This document shows, piece by piece, positions 12,764 to 27,040 of a stretch of DNA of 64,000 bases (its first letter is position 1; each line of letters begins with the position of its first letter). The DNA comes from Ostrea edulis (lineage: Eukaryota). The position numbers were made by a program, and so were the translations under genes. The notes beneath the pieces were generated by a model. The model ran no database searches, was not told where the DNA came from, and was given only the letters and a program-made list of their open reading frames with translations. The stretch lies in assembly GCF_947568905.1 (NCBI RefSeq), contig NC_079171.1, positions 15,438,001 through 15,502,000 of the forward strand. Reading direction: 5' to 3'.

Positions 12764-13537
12764 ACTCATATTAAAACTATAAAAATGTTTTGATGTTTAT
12801 TATCAAAGAATGATAGTACTGTTGCTTTGGAGATGTTTTTATTACTTTCTGTTTGAAATTACTTGTATATTCATGCTCTGGAGGTGAATGTTAAAAACGC
12901 GGGAAATATAACCCATACGATGTAAACTGTGCATTGTGACGTCGATACCTGCAACGTCTTTAATTTTTTCTCTCCTTTCAAACCAAGCGATTATCAAACA
13001 ACAAAACATTCTTCTTATTTTTTATGTTACAAGAAATAACTCAACCAATTGAGAAAAAGATATTAACAGCGAGTGCTGCTTTTCAGAATACACACTTTTT
13101 TATTTCTCTTAACATCCACGTTACACAGTAGCATTTTAGATGTATGTGCACTTACACTATATACATGTTATGAAATTCATAACATTATATATTATGATTT
13201 CAATAGGCCTAGTGGTTTGGGAATTAACTTTACGTGCTGTAAGACTGCAAAATAACGGGGGGGGTGGGTGGGTGGGGGGGGGGGGGGGTATACAATGTAT
13301 GTATCATGGAGACCAAGGGCCTTATGACTAATATTTAAAAGATAATTAAAACATAAGGGATTTTTCATTTGTATTATAACGGGACTTTCAGTATTCCCGT
13401 GTATCTCCATGGTCAAAAAGAATAACGAGAGTTTCATTGTTTAAGAATAAATGGTATATTCTTATTAAAATCACAGGTATCTACAAATTGATTAGCAATA
13501 TATGAAACAGTATCATAATATTTAAAGTCCAAGGGAG

Positions 13538-13773
13538 TGTGATATTTACCATTTAAGCTGTATAATATAATTCTGAATTTTTGCCCCAGTCCCCGAAAAT
13601 ACGTCTAAACATTCTGAAGTAGGTTGTTCAACTTTCAGTAAAATTCCCGACTGGCCGGGTCTTACAGTCTCGGCACGCGCATAAGAAAACCGATCGGGTC
13701 TAAACTAAGGGAAGTAACTCTAATAGAATACTAATGATAAAAATACAGTTACTATAGATATGAAACCATCACA
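13538..13773 (-). mobile_element. 3' LTR of a Gypsy element (236 bp)
   Basis: TGTGAT...ATCACA termini; on the minus strand it is immediately preceded by the polypurine tract AAGAGAGGGGGAG. Confidence 0.75.
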
Positions 13774-14252
13774 CTCCCCCTCTCTTAAGATCTAATGTGG
13801 TATCCACATTAGTCAATACATATACAATGTCTTATTTACATTCCAATTAAAACAACAATACAACAAAACAACATATGTGCATGACTTTTCTAATAAAATT
13901 TTAAAACTAATATATGTGCAATCCTGATATTTACAAGAGAGGTGAGTCTTTTCTTAAACAAAAATGCACAAGTCTATTTCACTGTTCAGGAAACCATAAC
14001 CCATTTTCCTTCAACCGTCTTATGTTCTTTTCCATTTCTCTGTTCTTCCTTTCCGCTTCCCGTCTGAGTTGTCTCTCCCTCTGAAGTTCCGAATCCCCCA
14101 TCTCCGCAAGTCTTCTTTTAGCGAATTCCCTGGTACTCCCGAGTTGGTCGATCCCATTACATAGCCATGCAAAGAAGACCGTAGCTCCTCTATGTCCGTA
14201 GGTAGGGGATGTAATGCGAGTGGCTGGTTATCCCTCCAAGAGGTTTGTGTCG

Positions 14253-15079
<827 letters not shown>

Positions 15080-15468
15080 TTAAAATCCCCTTTTTTTTGG
15101 AAAAAATGAAATTTCAGTATATGTATACACAATAAAAAAAATCAAAGATACATGTTCTCTCCCACCCATGGTATATGTCAAAAAGGCAATAGTCAACCCA
15201 GTGACTTAACAAGTACACAACCTAACTTTACTCATTATACACTCCAGTAGAACATTTTAAAATACAGGTAGAACAGTCACCTTAAGCTATCCACAAGCAC
15301 TCATGGTGACTATAAACCAGTCTATCATTCTAGCGTTAGGAATTTACACAACGTACTAACTCATGCCTACCAAAGACATTTAACTCCCTGTAACGCAAAG
15401 ATACTGAAAAAAAAAAATCTTTTTTAAAAATAAATATCACATCCCCCCTTTAAAAACATAGTTTAGAA

Positions 15469-16430
15469 TTAGGGTGAATATCTAGGCGCAGGCTTAATAA
15501 GCCTTCCTCTCCGAGATAATTTTACACAAAGGTACTGTGAAGATGAACGAGTTTGAGGGTCATTTTCAGATAAATCAATAGTATCGTCATCAGAATCGAT
15601 TAATGAATCGTCATCTCGGAAATCGACGACTTCTTCCTGATCAGAATGATACTGATTCTCTGACTCTCCATCGCCTTTGACTGGCTTTAAATGGTCTACA
15701 TAGACAACTAAAAGCTTTCCTGTAGCATTGTATTGGATTTCGTAAGTAATGTCCGAGAACCGTCGAATAATACAATATGGCTCAGTCTATCCAGATCCTA
15801 ATTTCTGTCGAGCTTGGGAGGATACCATCTCCACACCAATTTCCTGTATCAAACACTCGAGGCTCGTGATATCGTTTCGTTTAATTAAATTTTCATGCAC
15901 TGTGGAGAATGACATTTCCATCACATTTTGAACCCATTCGACATAGGCATAGGAACATTCAGTGCTTGGTAGATCTGTAGGTGGATTTCCAGCAAGGACG
16001 TCAATTGGTAGAGATATTTCTCTTCCTAACATTATAAGATTTGGAGTACTTTTAGTACTTTCATGTATTGTGGCTCTGTATGCCACCATCAGGTAAGGCA
16101 GATGGTCATCCCATTTAGTTCTGTTTTCGTCTACAAAAATAGCTAGCATATGTTGTAAGATTCTATTAATCCTCTCGATCATACCGTCAGATTGGGGGTG
16201 ATATGGCGTGGTGCGCGATTTCGCTATTCCTAAGAGTGTGCACATTTCAGAAAATAAATCTGATTCAAATTCCCTTCCTTGATTGTATGGATGCGATAGG
16301 GTGCTCCAAATCGACAGATAAATTCTGTAACCAGCTTGTCTGCCACAGTCTGAGCAGTATGATCGGCCAAAGTGAAGGCCTATTTCCATTTGGAAAAATA
16401 ATCTCCTATAACCATGATACAGTACGACCA
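15469..16430 (-). pseudogene. Gypsy integrase (rve core + GPY/F), 5'-truncated
   Basis: VIGDYFSKW, QGREFES, TTPYHPQSDGMIER, WDDHLPYL, GREISLPID; then KLGSG*TEPYCIIRRFSDITYEI and YVDHLKP; stops and frameshifts present. Confidence 0.9.
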
Positions 16431-17168
16431 GCGCGGATTCCGTATTTTCCGCGCTCCCCCCCCGCGGGATAGAGCTACGGCGGTATAGCTCAGGTAACCC
16501 TGCATATCCCACGCTCCCCCGTGGTCCCGCCTTCCTCGCCGCGGTCTCACCTGTAGATGATTAATGCCATCAACAAACGCGAGTTATCTCCCGTTAACGT
16601 AAAAATAATATATACTGATCATAAACTGAAAACAGATCGTTTGTTCAGCAATACTATAAATAAATCATTAAATTGCCATATACATGTGCATGCATCGCTT
16701 GTAAAACACATTTTACAAAAACTTCTCATGTTACCTTTATAGGGGCTGTAAGCTCGTCAACGAGAGCGCGCGAGATTTGAATACTTCCGGTGACAAACAA
16801 AATGGTTATATGCTTTGCATACGGATGTAACCACCGCAGTGGGGCCAATGCGTGCAAATTCTATGGCTTTCCTACAGACGACAGAAAGCGGACATTATGG
16901 GGAAAGTTATGCAGGTAAGAAATATAAAGTTTTTGGGTCCGTGTTTGCCCTAATCTTAATTTACATAGCCTACATGTGGTAAGCAGACTATCCCGAATTA
17001 CCTCGGAGTCACCAGTTTTCGACTAATATTCGGGTCGTTTCAATGTTCCAACAGAGACATAACAAGAATAATGTTATATACATGTACTATACAACATAGA
17101 ACACATTTATCTTCCAACCAAGGATCCTCAAGGGGCAGCATGACAACACGTACACCTGTATATAAGTA

Positions 17169-17235
17169 CAGGGGCTCGTCACGAAATTGACCCTCTCTAT
17201 TTCTATATTTACAAAAATTTCGTGACGAGCCCCTG
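17169..17235. mobile_element. Minimal MITE (67 bp) in transposase intron 1
   Basis: Perfect 20-bp IR CAGGGGCTCGTCACGAAATT / AATTTCGTGACGAGCCCCTG. Confidence 0.6.
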
Positions 17236-19845
17236 TGATATAAGCAAAAAGTATTGATTACATAACATTTAGTTAAATACAGTCTCACTATTATTAAGTT
17301 ATAGATATTTATAATATATTTGTAGATCTCTATGCTCTTCAGAACACAATATGTATATGACTTTTTGTTTATTATTTATAGATACATGAAATGAGGACTT
17401 CATTTTTACATGTTTTAGGTGATAACTTTTGTACCCAAGGTTACATGTTTTATATTTCTTTAGTAGAAAAATTACAGACGGTACATTTACAAATCGTATG
17501 GAAAATGAAAGTAAGAAGTATCTGTAACCCACAGCCATGACTGAATATTATATGTTGTCGGAGACTTGGAGGAAATGGATACAGGCTAAATTGTCTTTAG
17601 AAGTAAAGAATTAAGTAAGGGAGATATAGGTCAGGTTATAGTGGTTACACAGGGTACAGATGGTAACAATTTTATATTAAATGGATACAGGCTGAATTGC
17701 CTGTACCCTGGGATATATAGAGGCACCTCATGCAATTCTTACTTTCATTTTCCTTGGGATTTGTACTGTACTATTTATGTAATTTTGTACGAAAATATAG
17801 AGTATGTAACCCTTGTTAAAAAAGTATCTAAAAACAGAGTCATTGTTTCTTAATTGGCCCATATGTACCTACATTAAGTGTACAGCAAAATTATGTACTG
17901 CTTTTTCTATAACATCACAAAGAGATTTTTTTTTTCATCATGTTTATCAACAAACTTTTTACTTTTAACAAAAAATTTAATCTTGTCTCCTAATGAACCA
18001 GAGTTGCAGTTGTTACAGATTCGTTTATTCCTTAGTAGTCATACCAGAATATGTACCAACTTCAATCATTAATTTATGAGCAGAATGAGATATAGATCTA
18101 TAATTTATAAATAGATCTTCGTATACAAAATTTTTAATTCTATGTAAAGATAATTAATTTTCAAAACCAAAGTGCTCCTTAAATTTAAAATATGTGCATA
18201 GTTTCCCATCAATCAAGATTCCACAAGAGTTAGATTTTTTCGATTCATTATGAACTATGCATGTGTGCTAGCATTTTGAAATTGCTATATTAATGCATTG
18301 CTCATGACTTGGGCATTCAAGTGAATTTTAATGACTATGGATAAAATTTTGAATATTCTTGTGAACATTAATTTGTACACTTGTTGCATGGATCCGGTCT
18401 CATGGTAATGAGACACAGATTATTATAACTATCAAGGTTGCTGTTGGTTGAGACTACATAGAATCAACTACTTTGTTTCCTCATTTTCAACATAAATTCA
18501 TCTTTATCAATGAACTACTTTGTTTAATGACAATGATTTTGATATAAATAAGGAGGCGATCACTCACTAAATCTCTTATTTGCATAATATAGTGTAGCAA
18601 AGGGTGTGTGCCCCCCTCTCTCTTCCTACATAAAATGTCAATGGGGGTGTATTGATCCATTATTAGGTTATATTAGCTGATGAAGACCCCAAATTTCTTC
18701 CTGAAAGGATCATCATGATGCTGATGTATATTGACCTCATTAGTTTCAAAGTCCCGCTTGCAAAATGACATGATTATATGAAATTACACTTAGAATCAGG
18801 AACCTATACACTACTGTAGAAGTTTCTAGTACAATACATCTGCTTTGAATGAATTTTGAAAATTTATTGTTAGACGAGCTGATCGCCAACCAGGAGGGCA
18901 GAACGACAGGATTTGTTCCTGTCATTTTAAAGACGGAAGTAAAGACGGGGATCCTGCATATTTTGCATGGAATGAAGGAAAAACCATGGATTTCTCTGAC
19001 CCTGAAATTATGAAAAGGTAATTATGTAATTCTGATTTTTAAAAAAACAATTTTTCATTGCCTCAAGAGTTGACAAATGTATGAAAGTTCAATTTATTTT
19101 GTTTCAGAAAAAGGAAAAAACTAACAAGTGAGGAGTCAGAGTCGAGCCATCTGCAGGTATCAGATTTGACTGAATGTGAAGACCCAGCAAAGGTAACAGT
19201 TCTAAAGCATATTAATGATGTCATAAGAAAAATAAGACAAAAGTTTCCTTCATTTTTCAATATTTCATTACAAACTAAACATCTTGCTTATGATTCAATT
19301 TGCACTATATTTTTCTAGATGATGACTGAGCACAGCTACTCGGTGTCTTGCCGATTAAGTTGTGCTCAGGAAATGCAGCGGCTTTCAGAGGAGATAAGGG
19401 GTCTGGAAAGGGAACTTGGTGCCCTCAAAGTAGAATCCAACAAGCCAAAGCCCATGTTTATTAATGACATAAAGGACAATGAAGAGAAGGTAAATAAGAA
19501 CTTTTTATATTGCAATTTGTTGTCTGTCGGTGTGCGTTAAAAGTTGGAACATTTTTAACATTGATAACTACCATTCCAATTTGGTATGAAGCATCACTGG
19601 GACAAGGGGGGCATAAATTCTAAATTTCAGGAATCCTGCACTCCTGGGGCCTTAAAGGTCAACTGAAACGATTTTCGAAGTTCGTTTTTCTTATAAATTT
19701 AGTTAGAAATTACCATTCCTTAAATGTTTTTTCATAAAAATAATTTTTATTTCGATCATCCAGGTAGATACGACATCGTTAATTTCAACCCGGTAAATTT
19801 TATTGTATGAGTTATCTGCCCTTTAGGCGAACCTGAAATTTCAAT

Positions 19846-20950
19846 ATGGCGGCACAATATGAAAGCGATTCGGACGATAGTATTCCTGAGATAGATATAT
19901 CACTTAGAGTTAATGTACAGCCCTACCAGTACGAACCAGTTGTACTGCGCGACTCATCCCCACTACCGGAAAACGATAGTGAGTCAGAAATCAGCGAGGA
20001 TCAATCGGACGAATGCCCTTCACCATCTGATATGCAATGGTTAGTTAATTTACACACGTACTCTATTAAACTGTTTTAAAATAGTAACGAAACGAGTATT
20101 CAATGCTCAGTAGTGCTTTCATTTGTAAAACTATTTTGCTATGTTTCTAACAGGTGCTCGTGTGGTAATTGCATCGCAATGCCCACAAGAAGGGAGTCTA
20201 AATGTTGCCATGCATTTAGTACGATTGTACCGAGGCTTGAAGAAATGGGCCTGTCCTGCATCACGGATCACGAGGGTTTTGTGGCAAACTGTCTCAACAG
20301 ATGGGTTTTGGAAACGTCCTATTACGAATACATTCAAGATAATGGTCCTTTGGAAGAGGGGGAATTGATTCACAGGTATGTCTTGTTATGACTGATCAAA
20401 ATTCATATTGATGACCATTAGGAGGGGGGGGGGGTCACTTGTCTTTTCGACCAGAGTAACAGATGTTGGATGACATAAGCTTGTGGGAGCCATCTCCCTC
20501 CCTCTCTCCTAATAATTTGAATTCTTTTGATCTTGTCCTTTACATATTTTACTGTATAAACATGTACATGAGACTAAGTGAGCAAGAGCTAACTAGTTAA
20601 AAAAAGTACATGTACCAGGTTTGAATCTTGTGTCAGGTTTACTTTTATCTTATGACCTTTATGTCATATTATGTTTAAGCAAATGTTTCAGAAGTTAGTT
20701 CTTGAAAAATCATTCATATTTAAAGCATTCTTTTTTAAGATAAAATTTCAAAATTATATTTGAAAAATCTAAATTTTTAGTTATTTTTTAGAACAGAGTT
20801 TACAGACATCTAGGGTACAGAAGATTCGTTCGTTGGATCTGGCAACGGCTTGGGAAAAACAACCGGAAAGTTCTTCCATCCTGTGTTGTGACTAAGATTA
20901 GAAATTGTTTTCCATCACAACAGTTCTGTGGATTTAAATACCCTTCTTGA
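19846..20950 (+). CDS. Kolobok accessory protein KolX (P2RX7 C-terminal/nanor-like Cys-rich domain), 3 exons
   Basis: Exons 19846-20039, 20154-20375, 20797-20950 splice in frame: QPYQYEP, WCSCGNCIAMPTRRESKCCH, CITDHEGFVANCLNRWVL, YRHLGYRRFVRWIWQRLGKNNRKVLPSCVVTKIRNCFP. Confidence 0.85.
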
Positions 20951-21084
20951 TTTATATTATTATGTGATAAATTTTTCATGCATTTTTCATAATTGATAAA
21001 AATACATATCAACAACATGGTTTGATGTTCAGTTTTTATATTGTGCATATATGTATATCAATCATCATTAATTTAATTTGGGTT

Positions 21085-21485
21085 AAACACAAAAGGCCCA
21101 CAGGCCTCATAAGTCACCTGAGTTTTAATTAAAAGTATCACTAGGCCCAAGAGCTTTGAAATCTATAGTAATTTTTCTAATTTTCATATTTATCTACCCA
21201 GGGAATAATGAAATTTAAAATTTTGGTAGAGGCTTTTCTGCTATGCCTCCAGTTATTCTTATACATGTTACAAATGTGAGGTTGTAGAGAAAAGGAATTT
21301 TTAAAATTAGTTAATTTTTGGCAGTTTTTGTCTTGTCCCACAAATCCAAAATATACTTCATTCAGAATTTGAAAAGTATTGGAATGGTAGTTATCAAGAA
21401 AAGTTAAAATTGTTCAATTGTTGATGCACAATGACAAACACAAACCAAATGCAATAGGTCACTTGAGTGGCTAGTGACAACAAAA
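21085..21485 (-). mobile_element. HINE fragment between the Kolobok genes
   Basis: ACAAAAGGCCCACAGGCCTC...GTCACCTGAG start and AATAGGTCACTTGAGTG end, the reverse orientation of HINE termini. Confidence 0.55.
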
Positions 21486-21589
21486 TTAAAAGTTACAAAC
21501 ATGTATATTTTAAAAAAAAAAACCATGGACATCAAAAATAGACTGTATGGACGCATGCATGTACACTGTATTTCAAAAACAATAAAACA

Positions 21590-24500
21590 TCAGTTCTTAT
21601 TGAAGCGGCTGACATGGCTGGTAAGAAGATCAGACTTTGACACATGTTTGTAGGAGTTCGCAATCGGAGCAGGAGAATTACCAATCACATCCACTATAAA
21701 CTTCCTGGAGTTTCTGTAGGAACCAAATTCTAGTTTCACATTGATCGCTTCCTGCATCAATTCAATGGCATAATCTGAAATACGCAATCATTTATGCATT
21801 TGATAATTCAAAATAATAACAAATCACAACAATTCAATACATGTGCATGTCATATACTAGTATTATAAATAATCCAGTCACATGTACAACAATTCAATAC
21901 ATGTGCATGTCATATACTAGTATTATAAATAATCCAGTCACATGTACAACAATTCAATACATGTACATGTCATTTACTAGTATTATAAATAATCCAGTCA
22001 CATGTACAACAATTCAATACATGTGCATGTCATATACTAGTATTATAAATAATCCAGTCACATGTTTACTCACTATATGTGTGTTTCACTTTCACTTCCT
22101 TAGGAACACCACTTCCATGTCTTCCTTTTGGGTAGGACACAGCAAATATGGGTTCTCCATGTCTGTTTTTGGCCTGATCACGACAAGAGTTCTCATTGAA
22201 GTGCAAAGCTGCTATGTACAACCTAGGAAATGTATATAATACTAAATCTGAGCTCCAGTTCTTTCTATAAGTATCTACATGCATATTTGACTGTATACAT
22301 GTATTAGTTCTGCTAATGTGAATTACGAAACACAATATTACAATACATGTAAAACAAACATAATACATGTACATACCTGGCCTTCATTGGTGCATAAAAG
22401 AAGTGGAGGGACTTGGGTGCAAAGTGACACACTATCTTGTGGTAGGCCTCAAGTGCTGAAGTTTGTTCAGCTGGAGATATCTGCTTAATATCCTTCACCA
22501 AAAGTCTGCCTTTAACAACTTTCTCCATTTCCATGAAAGCCAAACTACCTATAAAATAAATTTCATTCAAAAATATTAAGTTTTTTTTTCAAGGGTCATT
22601 TTTATTTTTTACTGTTTACAAGACAGCTGATAAAGTAATAAAACCATTAAATTAAGATAATTAACCTTGCTTAATCCAGTCTCTGTCTTCAAGTTCACCA
22701 TGTAAACAGGAAGGAAACAGCTTTCCATGACCGTCATGAATGTTGGCAACATGGTTCAGTACAGACAACCATTTCTCCAATACCAACTCCCCATTTCCAT
22801 TGCTACTAGCCGCACACCAGTATAGATGATTGGAAACAGATCTAGCCCAGTCAGCCACTTTCTTGCATTTCTTCTTCTTGCCACTGGCTTCTAATTTCTT
22901 GAATACTCCTTAAATAGATACATTTTATTAAGATACATGTACTAATATTACATATTTCTAGCCTTATTAATATTGTTTACTTCATATGTTTTTAATTTTT
23001 TTTTTATACACATTATTTTTCATGCTTTACATCTTTTAACCATAATTGCATGTTTATGTATATATATGTAGATACCTTTGGCTACATGCCACACATCAAA
23101 CCAGTTGTTTACATCACTTCTCTCTTTCTTCATGAAAGCCTTGACCTGTGAATGCCTGTCAGTAACTAAGTCTGTAATGACAATGCCATCCTCCTCCACT
23201 TTGTTCAAACATCTCTTTAGGCCCTCCAATTCCATCCAGTAGGAACTTTTTACTTCATTACTCTGTATTAAAAACATTAGTACTGATTAAATTTTTACAT
23301 TAAAAAAATAATAAATGTATAATTCACTATCATATTAATAGAGGCCATGGCTTTACAATGTATCCATTTCATATTTAAGGGGAATTTTTGAAAATGCGTT
23401 TGAGAGCTTTTAAGGGAGGAGTTTAAGGTAGAGGCTTCATAAGATTGTAAAATATCCAAAACAGGTATATAAATGACTGATTTGATATTATATATATTGT
23501 AAGCCTTTGGTTGTTAAAGAAAATGAATTAGAATCTATTAGGTGTATGTGCTCGATAGCTATTGTATGTAAACCAACCTGAACCAATTTTACATCAAGGA
23601 TATGTTGCCGTTCAAGATCCATCAAACTGTATGATCCATACTTGGCTGTATGCCCCGGTGAACAACATCTAGCATCTCCACCAACAATAACAGGAGTGTT
23701 GTCTCGTCGTATGTTATCAAAAAGGGCATCCTGATGAGCTTTCCATATCCGCTCTACGGCTGGCACCAAGTAACTTTGTTGAACATTATGAAATGTCCTT
23801 TCTGAAAAGCATGCTATGTTCGCATGATTAAACATCATCAAATTTTGAACTACACTGTTCCCACTTATCAGAATTGCAGCAGACAGGACAAGGTTTCCAA
23901 CAGGCATTGATCCAATGAGAGGTTGAGATTCCCATGTAAAACTTTCACCACAAACACATATTCTTGACACAGACAGCATACTCCCAACAACAGTCTTGTT
24001 AGTTACACATTTTTGACCACATGCAACACATTGGTTCAAAAGCTGATCAAGGCACTCTTCAAAAACAACAAATTTTCTGCTTTGGTGATTTTGTGGTGGT
24101 ACGGTTATGTCGTGGGGATTATTGTTTTCGTCATTTTCTGTCATATCCACCTCCTCTTGTGGGATCCACTCTGACTCTGTTGACTCGAGGCTGGAAATTG
24201 AGTCCATGCTTTCGTTCAGATTGACAGGTAAACAGTCTGTCTCAAATTCTGTTTGGGTACCTGTAGATGTTACAGCGACTCTTATATCTGTCTGTAATGA
24301 GACATGCCTGCGTTTCTGAATTAAAAAAAACACAAAATGAACCAGACATAGTTTCTAAGTTTTAGATAACTAATAATGTGATATATATATATATATATAT
24401 ATATATTTGAACTGCCTGAAAAATCATGTAGACATGGAGAAATCATTAGAGGTAAATAATTGTTATTTAAAGAATGTGTCATTCTGATTTTCATAAACTA

Positions 24501-25432
24501 TTTATAACTATCAAATCAATTTCTAATACACACATGACACATGTATATTTTTTTTTTAGCATATATGGATGTGTGTTTTTATGTTTCAATCAAGGTATCC
24601 ATTTAGATTTACACCAAATTACATGTAATCTGTTTAAAACAAATAAGATATTATAATTCATGTCATATATAGCTCAACAAATCTTACAATCAATCCATAT
24701 GTGGTTTGTGTAGCCATTTCATATGTGTCTGTCCCAATGTCATTGTGAATGGCAGGCTCATCAGTAGATGCACACTCTTGGTTGTCTTGGAATTGGGGAG
24801 GTGGAGGAAGAATGACTTGTACATTCTCATCAATTTCTAACTCCTACAAACAAATTGATAAAAGTAAGTTTCGGTGAAGAATAATTCGTGTGACTGGCAA
24901 GGGGGAGGGGGGGGGGTAATAAAAGTAAGCTTTAGTCCTTTTAAAAGAATTACGTGGTGGTAAGGTTGTGTGTAAAAAACAAATAAAATGAACCGAGTAT
25001 TACTGGATTAATGTCAATAAAATAGCCAATATGTTTAATATGATCTATATTGAAATATACCTTCGTGGTTCCTCTTTTCTCCACAGCTCTGGAGGTTCTG
25101 CTTTTTTGTTTTGGAAGGGGAGGGTCTGAATCTGTTTTCCGTTTTTGGCCTTTAGGTACATGTAACGGCGTGTAATTAAAGACAGTTGGAATTGCCTCTT
25201 TCTTTAGTTGTAGTCTTGAGTAACCCAAAGACCGTGCCTTAGACGGCTCAATTACGAAACAGTCCTCTGTAAAATGACGTTCGCACAGCTTGGAGTGTTT
25301 CGACGGCCAATAATCCACTGTTTTTAATTTTCTTACCCAAACTTCACAATTCTTTGTGTCTGTAGGGAAATTGAACATTGCTAACCCCTGTCCATATTGA
25401 ACATTGCAGTTTGGGGCCGCACACAACACCAT
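21590..25432 (-). CDS. Kolobok transposase with N-terminal THAP domain, about 8 exons, apparently intact
   Basis: MVLCAAPNC..FNFP..W..LCERHF..AIPTVF (THAP); KFVVFEECLDQLL..C..C; GGDARCCSPGHTAKYGSY; MELEGLKRCL; VTDRHSQV; FDVWHVAK; NHLYWC; QTSALEAYH; RLYIAALHFNEN. No internal stop seen in the inferred exons. Confidence 0.87.
21826..22065. repeat. 60-bp minisatellite, 4 copies, intronic
   Basis: Unit ACAACAATTCAATACATGTGCATGTCATATACTAGTATTATAAATAATCCAGTCACATGT repeated nearly perfectly. Confidence 0.95.
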
Positions 25433-25843
25433 ATTTACGCGTTGTTTATTCGATGTTTCTGTCGCCTGCTGATCAGCGTCTATAGTTTCAATATGGCGGG
25501 TTCGTGTCAAGGGACGCAACTCCCACAACATTTTCCGCTCTGACACAAGTGCGATATCTTTATCGGTACGTATCGCGTATATTTGACCAAAATTAACCGA
25601 ACAAATCCGCACAATCATTTTATATGATATAAATGAAGCAAATAAATACTTAATATAAATAAAGTAATTTTTCGTTTCAGTTGACCTTTAAGGGTGGGAT
25701 AAAATCTGCCAAAAATTGACCAATTTTCAAAAATACTCTTCTCTAGAAGATAGGGGGTAAGAGTTTGGTTCCAGGATGGAATCTAAAGTATTATAGTGGA
25801 AATATTTTCTTTATCATTGGAAATATTTCTTGAAGTTTACTGA

Positions 25844-27040
25844 GGCCACTATTAAAAAATTGTTTGTTGGGCATTTGCCTACCCTACCCATTTGATGATG
25901 GGTAGGTAGGCTTTTTTTTGGGTCAGGATTAATTTTTTTCGTGCATTAAATATTGTTCTCCCATATACGTCAGTGCTGCTGGAATTTTTTGTACATCGTC
26001 TACATATATCTGTATATTTTGTTTGCTATATTATATCTCTTCATCAGCTAAGTTCTTTGTCATTGATTAAATATGCTTTTAAATGTACATATGTGCCAGC
26101 CTTATCATATTCAGCTCTATCATATTTATATATCTGCTTTTGTATATAACATCACTATTCATCAGTACACCACTTTGCACCACTTTATGAATAAGAATTA
26201 GTTTTGCTTTGCACTTTTGTATTATTCTGTGTATGCACCCTTTAGTTCTTAGTCATCCTCTGCTTTATGCTAGTAGGCATGCAGTGTTATATATTCCATT
26301 GAACATGTATGACACATGGAACTAGTGTGACAACTGTTTTATGTAGATTTGAAATTTCTAAATGAAATATATAAGTACTGCTCAGTAACATAAAAGCATG
26401 ATGAGTGGATTTTATTTCAAAGTTTTTCTGGGGTATAAAATGTAAAGTAGCAGTCTAAAACATTGAAAACAATATCGATTTTGTATCTTTTTTCAAATTC
26501 TATGAAAAGCTTTGAAATAAATGTTAGATGCATTTCTGCATGAACTATTAACCAGGCACTGCAAGCATCGTGTAAACTGGGGGTTCCAACTAGCATAGAA
26601 TCTGTTATAATGGCTTGGTTTGAGAAAATAAATTTAACAGATATGTACTTCGACATGTGCTCTATGTTGTGTCTACGTTCGTCAGCCGCAGTTGAATCCG
26701 TGTCAAACTCAAGCAGTCTATTGGCTTTGCTTCGTTCCTTTGAGTTTTTAAACTCTATATTTACGCATAAAGTTGCATACGATTTTGTCCTCTTCAGGTC
26801 GGACATTTTGAAACAAACCATCAAGGAAGCACTTGAAGCGAAGCAAGGTGACTGTCAAGCGCTTTACTGACTCGGACGGCTAAAATCCGACTTGAACTCT
26901 GTTCTGTTCCGCACCGGACAATAACCCAAAAAAAACCCCCAACAAAACATCGCTGTTGGACCAATAATTTTTTTTTGGTCGGCGACCTTTTGAGAGGGTC
27001 GGGCGGCTAACGCCCAACAAACAATTTTTTAATAGTGGCC
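25844..27040. mobile_element. Non-autonomous DNA transposon, GG termini, 3-bp TSD (Harbinger- or Zator-like)
   Basis: 29-bp TIR GGCCACTATTAAAAAATTGTTTGTTGGGC at both ends, TGA on both flanks. Confidence 0.8.

Larger units (their letters stand above)
19656..25687. mobile_element. Kolobok DNA transposon, full length (6032 bp)
   Basis: Perfect 16-bp TIR AGGTCAACTGAAACGA, TTAA TSD (19652-55, 25688-91), two convergent spliced genes; flanks rejoin into a continuous HINE-like repeat. Confidence 0.92.

Noticed and set aside
13531-13785. LTR read as a MITE because the inverted repeat extends to GGAGTGTGAT/ATCACACTCC
   Set aside because: The PPT and upstream integrase support an LTR; the few extra complementary bases are plausibly chance.
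19846-20950. Host P2X7 receptor gene
   Set aside because: No transmembrane or ectodomain exons; it lies within Kolobok TIRs, so it is the accessory KolX gene.
21841-22239. 132-aa repetitive ORF (MCMSYTSIINNPVTCTTIQY)n
   Set aside because: Artefact of the 60-bp minisatellite in a Kolobok intron.
26417-26870. ORFs inside the GG-TIR element as a transposase
   Set aside because: No catalytic or DNA-binding motif recognised; at most a relic.
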